The notes beneath the pieces are model-generated. The model saw nothing but the letters and a program-made list of their open reading frames with translations. It did not search any database and was not told the origin of the DNA. DNA of 64,000 nucleotides from the NCBI GenBank assembly GCA_951406725.2, contig OX597814.1, positions 70,432,001 through 70,496,000 of the forward strand. The letters run 5' to 3'. Positions within the stretch are counted from its first letter, which is position 1. Every line of letters begins with the position of its first letter. The DNA is from Octopus vulgaris (taxonomy: Eukaryota). Below, one piece after another: positions 55,391 through 64,000 of the stretch. A program made the translations under genes and the position numbers.

Positions 55391-58230
55391 ATGCCTGACT
55401 TGCACTCGTTCGTCCAACACCATCAATCCCTTCTTAGCCGCTTTCTCGCTCCCCCCCATGCTTACAACACGCAAAAAAACTTTCTCACTTTTTAAAGAAA
55501 CTCGCCACTCTAGCCATCTCTCCTTCCTCAGCCGTTGACTCCGCTATCATGTCACATCCCGTGGCTTCCTCTTGAAGTTCCACGCCACCCCCTATTCCTC
55601 CCCCTTCATCGAACCCGACCTCGCCCGCACTTCACGCCTCCTCATCCGTGCTACCATCCGTTCCACCCGCTCTCTCCTTCACTCCTTTGACCACCTACTT
55701 CCCCAAGCTTACCTCCTTCTCTCCTCCCTCTGCCCTCCACTCTTCACCCAACCTATTCTCCGCTTCATTCTTAATCTCAACCACCAGCTTCACAATTTCC
55801 TCACACACACAAAAAACAAAAAACTCCACCACCTCCTGAACCCTTCACCTCCTTCCCCTCCCCTCTCCTCCACATCCTCCCCTCCAGCTCCCCCAACTCT
55901 CTCCACCCCTCCCCCTTCCCCCTCCACGGACCAACACACACCCCACCCTGACCTTTCTACGCCTACCCCATCTTCACCCAACCACCCCAACTCTCCTCCC
56001 CACACCTCTGCACCCCCTCTTCCTGACCCCACTCATCCCACCACCCCGCTTCCTCGCACTGTTGTCACTATACCCCCCAATCTCCCCCTCTCCGCTGCCG
56101 AGCGCTCTCTCCTCAGTAAGGGACTCCGCTTCACGCGTCTCACGCGCCACTGTGACGAATTCGAGACTTGGACGGACGTCAACCAGTTCCTGTGCCGCCT
56201 CAAACTTTGCGCCTTCTTCCACGCGTCTCCGCAGCGTCACGACAATCAGGATTGCTTTTTGGAGCTGGGGCACCGCCCATCCAACTGGACGCCGCCCCTG
56301 GGCCAATTCAGTAGCCTAGATTCGTTTGTGAACGACTGCAACGCGTTGGTAAACCGGTTTAACTTTAAAAAAAGACCTCTCCGAGAAAACCTCACACAGG
56401 CTGAATTGGTTGCCCTTCGCCACCTCCGTCGCCGCAATGACATTGTCATCAAACCGGCGGACAAAGGCGGAGCAGTGGTGGTGTGGCGCGCGGATCTCTA
56501 CAAGGAGGAAGCGCTCAGCCAGCTTCAAAATCCACTCTTCTATCGCCTCCTCCCCTCTGATCCCACCTCTTCCTACCAACAGCGAGAGTCCTCCACCATC
56601 CGCGAACTCATCTCCTCTTCTGCTCTCCCCCCCCACCGCCACCAACCTCATCGTCCGCACACCCCGCACCTCCACCATCTATTTCCTTCCCAAAATTCAT
56701 AAGCCCAATAACCCTGGCCGCCCCATCATTTCCGCCTGTAATTCCCCAACTGAACACATTTCCCTATACCTCGACCGCATCCTGTCCCCCTTAGTCAAAG
56801 CCCTCCCTTCCCACATACATGATACCAACCACGCCCTCCATCTCTTCAATTCCTTTTCCTTCCCTTCCAGCCCCTCACACCTCCTCTTCACTCTTGACAT
56901 CAAATCCCTGTATACGGTAATTCCCCACAACGACGGTCTCCTAGCTCTCCAACACTTCCTCGACCGTCGTCTCGACCCCACCCCTAGCACCCCCACCCTT
57001 CTCCGCCTGGCAGAACTCGTCCTAACCCTCAACTGTTTCACGTTCGCCGGGGAAACGTACCAACAGCTGTCTGGGGTCGCGATGGGAACGAGAATGGGCC
57101 CCAATTTCGCCAATCTCTTTGTTGGCTACATTGAGGCCCAAGTATTCTCTCAATTCTCCGGGCCGACCCCAGAGCTATACGGTCGTTACATAGACGACTG
57201 TATAGGCGCCACCTCCCTTTCCCGCGAACAACTCTGCCACTTCATCTCTTCCTCTCTAACTTCCACCCTTCTCTACAATTCACTTCCACCATATCCAATA
57301 CTTCTGTTAACTTCCTTGATATCTCACTCTCTCACCACCTCCGCTTTCTTCAAACCCACGGATTCCCACCTCTATCTCAACTTCTCCTCCTCCCATCCCT
57401 TCCACACCAAACGGGCCATCCCCTACTCCCAGTTCCTCCGCCTCCGACGCTTGTGCAGCCGCGACCAGGATTTCGAGACCCAGTCTCAATACCTGGCCCG
57501 CCTGTTCAAGACCAGGGTAGGTGGGTACCCTGGTCTTGAACGCCCTCGCCCGCGCTCGTCGCATCGACCGCACCACCGCCCTTTCTCCTTCCACTCACCC
57601 ACCCCCCAACCGCACCCCCTTTCCCCTCCTTTTCCACCCCTCTACTCTACCCCTTCGTCGGAAGATACTTTGCGCCTTCCGTCGTCTCCAGCTCGATTCC
57701 ACGACCCACCCCATTTTCCCCAACCCATCCTGTCCTCCTTCAAACGAGCCCGGAATCTACGCAACCTCCTGGTCCGTAGCACCTTCCCTTCTTCCCCCTC
57801 GGCCCCACTCGGATCCTTCCCGTGCTCCAGATCCCGCTGTAACACCTGCCTCTTCATCACCAACACCACTGCTGTCACCGGTCCCAACCGGCGAACTGTA
57901 CGTATCAGACATTCTTTTACGTGCACCTCGTCTGGACTCATATACTGCATTAAATGCAACCTCTGCGGAATGCTGTATATAGGACAGACGGGACGCCGGT
58001 TGTCAGACCGATTCGCCGAACATCTGAGGGATGTTCGTCCATGGTCCAATTTTCCCGTCGCACGTCACTTCCGCTCGGCCAGCCATTCCCCCGATGACAT
58101 CTCGGTGTTTGGTCTTGCCCCACACAACGGCTCTCCACAATCTAGGCTTCACTTGGAGCAACGGCTCATATTCCTTCTACAGACTCTAACCCCACACGAC
58201 TCAACACAGCCCCCTCCCCTTAGTGACTGA
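55391..58230 (+). pseudogene. PLE RT + GIY-YIG ORF with stops and frameshifts
   Basis: IKPADKGGAVV, YFLPKIHK, GRPIIS, LDIKSLYT, GVAMGT, RYIDD, CSRSRCNTC, LIYCIKC..C..LYIGQTGR..RFAEH. Confidence 0.92.
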
Positions 58231-58274
58231 GCTCCACATTCTCCCCACTAGCATCTTTTATATTTTATATTTTT

Positions 58275-60490
58275 TATAATTGTCCTTATGCAGTCACACA
58301 CACACATACTCACGTACCCACGAATACACAAACTCCCAACACACCACACACACACAACGTACATGCACATGTACGCACACATACTTCCACACCTATATAC
58401 ACCCCCACACCCCCACACCCCCACACCCCCACACCCCCACGCGCACACACACACATGCACGTGCACACACACCAGGGACAATACTCATACAGATACGCAC
58501 ACTCCTATAAACACCTACCTGAGACGCACAGATGCACGCACGTAAGCGCACACACGCACACAAGCACGCGCATGTACCTTACGCCCACACAACTCCAACC
58601 CCCCCCACACGCATACGTTCACACACATACATACATACGTACACACACATAATACATACATAGATACATTCATACATACATACATACACACACGCATACA
58701 TACATACAAACATTCATACATACATACACACACACATACACACACATACATACACACACATACATACATACACACATACATACACACACATACACATATG
58801 CACACATACATACATACACACATACATACATACACACACATACATAAACATACATACATACACACACACATACCCACACACACACACGCACGCACACATA
58901 CATACATACGCATACATACACACAAATACATACATACATACATACATACACACGTACACACATACATACACACATACATACACATATATACACACATACA
59001 TACACACACATACATACACGCATACACATACATACACACACATACATACATACACACACACATACACGCATACACACATACATACATACACACACACATA
59101 CACACATACATACATACATAGATACATACATACATACACACACATACATATACATACACACACATACATATACATACATACGTACACACACGCACATACA
59201 CACATACACGCATGCACACATACATACATATATACATATACATACACACACATACATACATACGTACATACATACATACACACACACACTTACATACATA
59301 CATACACACACATACACACATACATACACACACACATACATACACACATACTTACATACACACACGCATACATATACATACATACACACACATACACACA
59401 CGCATACATACACACATACACCCGAACATACATACACACACATACACACACGCATACATATACATACATACACATGCACACACACACATACATACATACA
59501 CACACATACATACATACACACATACATGCACACATACATAGATACATACATACACAAATATACATGTACATACATACATACACACACACGCACGCACACA
59601 TACATACATACACACACATACATACACACACACACACTTACACACACATACATACATACATACATACATACACACACATACACACACATACATACATACA
59701 TACGCACATACATACACACACATATACACACACACATACACACACATATATATACATACATACACACACACACACACGCATGCACACATACATACATACA
59801 CACACATACATACACTACATACATAGATACATACATACATATACACACACACATACATATACATACATACGTACACACACGCACATATACACATACACGC
59901 ATGCATAAATACAATACATACACACACACACTTACACACATACATACATACCTACGTACATACATACATACACACACACATACATACATACACACACATA
60001 CATACATACAGACACACACACGTACACACATACATACATACACACACGCATACATATACATACATACACATACACACACATACACACATACATACATACA
60101 CACGCACATACATATACATGCATACACACACCCATGCACACATACACGCAGGCACACATACATACATACACACATACATATATACACACACATACATACA
60201 CACATATACACACATACACACACACAAACACACATACATACATACACACACATACATGCATACACACACATACATACGCACACGCATACATATACACACA
60301 TACATACACACATACAAACATACACACACATACGTACACATACATACATAGATACATACATACACATACATACACATATACATACATACACACACATACA
60401 CGCATGCACACATACATACACACACACACTTACACACATACACACATATAAACACACATATAAGCCTCTACATTGTACACACACGCACAT
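58275..60490. repeat. Complex (CA/CATA)n microsatellite inside the PLE 3' region
   Basis: About 2.2 kb of mixed CA, CATA and CACG units. Confidence 0.95.
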
Positions 60491-60496
60491 ATATAT

Positions 60497-60727
60497 TTCT
60501 CTATTACCCACAAGGGGCTAAACATAGAGGGGACAAACAAGGATAGACAAACGGATTAAGCCGATTACATCGACCCCAGTGCGAAACTGGTACTTTATTT
60601 ATCGACCCCGGAAGGATGAAAGGCAAAGTCGACCTCGGCGGAATTTGAACTCAGAACGTAACGACAGACGAAATACCACAAAGCATTTCGCCCGGCGTGC
60701 TAACGTTTCTGCCAGCTCGCCACCTTA
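60497..60727 (-). mobile_element. SINE (family 3)
   Basis: Minus strand aaggtggcgagcTGGCAGAAACG...GAGTTCAAATTCC box-like motifs; related to 18457-18597. Confidence 0.75.
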
Positions 60728-61460
60728 ACACACGCACATATATACATACATTCACTCGCACGCACGTACACACACACGCACACACATTTACATATATATA
60801 CAATACACGCACACACATACACACGTACAAACACACACAAACTCACATACATATCGACAGATATACATACACAATATACACCTATCGGCGCACGCACACA
60901 TTTACATAAACACATACAAACGCACACATACACGTACATACATACACACTCACACAAATGAACCCACACATACATCCCTACACACACACGCACGTACAAA
61001 CAGACACGCACACATACACTAGGTTAAGCACAGTTACTTGCCACATACCAAAACTCTACGCATACACACACGAACACACACATGCACACACACTACAAAC
61101 AACACACACACATGATACATATACTTACACGCACACACATATACCCCTTTGTTTTCGACCTGGTTTTGACCTCGCTGGATAACAAAAAGTGCCATTCCTT
61201 TATGACAGCTGGCTTGCCATGCCCGTTATTCACCATACATACATACACACACACACGCACAAACACACTTGTCATCCTTGCACACACACACACAAACACG
61301 CACCCACACACATTCCTTGTCTTTGAAACTCTCTTGTTTTTAAAAATCATGATTCGTCTACCTTTCAACTTCTGTTCTTTCAACATGTGATCTCTTGAGC
61401 ACCACCAGCAAAAAAAATTTTTCCTCTGTCTTCTCTTCTCGGAATCTTTCCTTCTCCTTT

Positions 61461-61495
61461 GTTTCCGACGAAGAGCTCCGCTCGAAACGTTAAAC
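61461..61495 (+). ncRNA. Minimal hammerhead in 3' pLTR
   Basis: gttt CCGACGAA gagc-tcc-gctc GAAA cg TT aaac. Confidence 0.7.
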
Positions 61496-61590
61496 TCTCC
61501 TTCCCTTCTTTCCTGAGCGTCAAATAATACTTTAATTGTTCCACGTCCTCGCGTTGCTGTGTTTTTTTCTGTGTTTTCTTGTTTGGATTA

Positions 61591-61635
<45 letters not shown>

Positions 61636-62111
61636 ATATAGCCGTTGATCGCTGAAGTATAAAGACGTGTTTTTACTCCTCTCCGCGCCGGTCAGCACCA
61701 AGCTTCACAGCTACATTCGAAATTGACCATCACATATATTCCTGTATATTTGAAACCACGCTTTTTCCCAACTCGTGAGTAGACTTTTCTTTAACTACAA
61801 ACTATTTTCATATTTTTCAAACGACCAAATAAACAAAACCACACACTCGTATGAGAGAGTATTCATTTTTCGTCAACACCTTCTGATAACTAAAGGATCA
61901 CCCACACGTTAAAAATTAGAAAAAGAGGGAAAAAAAGAAAAGAAAAGAAAGATAAAATAACTGCAAGCTCATAATTCAAATACAAATTTCTCAGTATTAC
62001 AGCAAACATTCTGTACAATCTATTCTACATACTTCTCCTTAAAAAAAATAATCAAAAGTAATCAACAAAACAAACGAACAAAATAAAATTTAATAAAACA
62101 TATCCACCAGA

Positions 62112-62372
62112 ATGGCTAGCCACCAAAAATCCAACAAAAACTGGTCTGATAATGAAATCGACGTTCTTATCAACACATGGCTTTGCCTTACCCAGAGAGC
62201 ATAGGTGCTTCGTGTCTGAACGAAATTGCTAAACGAACAGTTCACCATTTGCAAACTCGATCTGAACAGCAGATACAAAATAAATTAAAACAAATCGAAG
62301 TTGCTTTTAAACTAATAAATAAACACTTCGATAAACTGAGATGTGTTTTCTCTTCGAACGTATCACCGGCGC

Positions 62373-62404
<32 letters not shown>

Positions 62405-63233
62405 CCTCAACAACAAACTCAGCGGCAACAACAACAACAGATACAGCAACAACAACAACAACTTCAGCAGCAACAACCTCAGCGGCAACAACAACAGGAT
62501 GAACCACTCCTTGATTCATCTACAATGGCCGATTTGCGAAACGAAACGATTGACCCCCCCAGTCATCAGGGTCACACAGCAGGAAGCACCACCCCTTCCT
62601 TTCACTGCTCCAGCAGCTCAATCATCATCATTGTCAATATCATCTCCTCTGCTTACTACTACTAGTACTACTCCCACTATGTATCGACAAACATCTTTGT
62701 CAACCGCCCTCTCATGGAATCGACATCCTCAATCATCACTGTCAACATCTCTTCTACCTACTACTACTACTACTACAACTACTACTACTAATGCTATCTC
62801 AAGGAATTTACCTCCTACAGGTCACAAAGGTCGCCAAAACCTCAACAAACAATCATCTACACCTCTCACAACTCACACACACACACGCACCTACACACCC
62901 ACTCGAAACCCCATCATTTGCCGATATTCTCTTCGCCATAGATTATGCACTGATAGAGACTGCAAATTTACCCATTTACCTGGAACAAAACGCTCTATCC
63001 CCACAAACTACAACAGCAACCACTATAATACATACTCTATTACAACACCACCACAACCACCAATATCTCAAACAAGGAATCCCCAAATCTGCCGCTATTC
63101 CCAGCGAGACAGATTGTGTTTGCACAGGGATTGCCCCTTTACCCATCTCCCGGGGACTCGTCGGACAAATGACATTATAAATAAAAATAAAAGCAAAAAA
63201 ACCTACAACTCATATAGAAATAACCACTCATAA
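62112..63233 (+). pseudogene. LINE ORF1: Myb/SANT-like N-terminus, poly-Q, two CCCH fingers (frameshifted)
   Basis: NWSDNEIDVLINTW (from ATG 62112), RSEQQIQNKLK, CRYSLRHRLCTDRDCKFTH, CRYSQRDRLCLHRDCPFTH. Confidence 0.7.
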
Positions 63234-63380
63234 AAATAACCACAACCACAGTCACCTACAGTTCCCTAGACAGGAAACCTCTTCTTCCTCTTTTTTAGCT
63301 ATAATGAATCTAGCAAAAGAACTGGAAAAAAACATCCGAGCTATCACCCACCACCATCCACCACTATTACCCCACTGCAC

Positions 63381-64000
63381 ATGCCATTAAAAAGCAATCA
63401 AATAAACAAATCACCAAAACAATTAAAACCATCCACTCTCGCCTCAACATTTTTGCTTAATGCCCAAGGCATCAGCCCTTCCACCCATACACAAAAATGG
63501 AAGATAAGATTCCTGGAGGACTGGGTCGAGGCCCATCCAAACCACATCCCTTTCTTCGTCGTCACTGAAACCCATCTTAGTAACCTTCACTTGGAAGTCG
63601 AGGTGAAAGTTAAAAATTTCAAAGCCATTCGTGCTGATCGTGCTGGCAGAAGAAAGGGTGGGACTGCCATTTATGTTCATGATTCATTCTCAACAGAAGC
63701 TATGAACATATTTTCCAATGGATACTGCGAAGCAGTCGCTGTATTCAGTCAAACCAACAACTTAACAGTAATTGGGCTCTACAGACCACCCCAAACGCTC
63801 CTACCATGCTTCAAGGAATGCCTCAACAACATAAAGTGTTTCATTCAGCAGTGTCAACCTGACAACATTTTAATGATGGGAGACTTCAACCTTCCCGGGG
63901 TTGACTGGTCTACAAACAGTCTGCCGCCAGGTTCTTCTCTCTCAACCCCTGACATACATACACAATCATCATGGATGATTTCTTCCTGTCCCAACTGGTA
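63381..64000 (+). CDS. LINE ORF2 AP endonuclease domain (partial; not in the ORF track)
   Basis: Hand translation: LLNAQGI, VVTETHL, RADRAGRRKGGTAIYV, GLYRPP, MMGDFNLP. Confidence 0.85.
   Translation, partial: MPLKSNQINKSPKQLKPSTLASTFLLNAQGISPSTHTQKWKIRFLEDWVEAHPNHIPFFVVTETHLSNLHLEVEVKVKNFKAIRADRAGRRKGGTAIYVHDSFSTEAMNIFSNGYCEAVAVFSQTNNLTVIGLYRPPQTLLPCFKECLNNIKCFIQQCQPDNILMMGDFNLPGVDWSTNSLPPGSSLSTPDIHTQSSWMISSCPNW

Larger units (their letters stand above)
54925..61600 (+). mobile_element. Full-length Penelope-like element (Neptune-like) with direct pseudo-LTRs
   Basis: ~183-bp direct repeats 54925-55107 / 61419-61600; frameshifted ORF ~55391-58230. Confidence 0.92.
61635..64000 (+). mobile_element. 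5' part of a CR1-group LINE (leader, ORF1, start of ORF2)
   Basis: ORF1 pieces 62112-63233; APE frame open from 63381 to the window end. Confidence 0.85.

Noticed and set aside
62177-62665. Host poly-Q transcription factor exon
   Set aside because: It lies directly upstream of an APE frame in the standard LINE ORF1 position and parallels the ORF1 at 51740.

Overview
Eukaryotic (animal) repeat-saturated DNA with no recognisable host gene; the SINE families and huge (TA)n/(CA)n load suggest a cephalopod such as Octopus (inference). The window is a nest of transposons separated by microsatellites: an R4/Dong LINE, several CR1-group LINEs (two with Myb/SANT-like + CCCH ORF1), RTE fragments, a Tx1/L1-type LINE, a Gypsy remnant plus related solo LTR, mariner/hAT/pogo-like remnants, non-autonomous Helitrons, tRNA-derived SINEs and many Penelope-like elements (PLEs). 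The main hidden signal is RNA-level. I can fold by eye about 20 type I hammerhead ribozyme motifs (counting mirror copies) from roughly a dozen families, most inside fold-back (head-to-head) insertions in (TA)n. Three unrelated families use a covarying U3-A8 core (UUGANAA) instead of C3-G8. One of these is a ~362-nt non-coding head-to-tail unit resembling a circular-RNA retrozyme. All folds and alignments were done by eye; no search or folding program was run.
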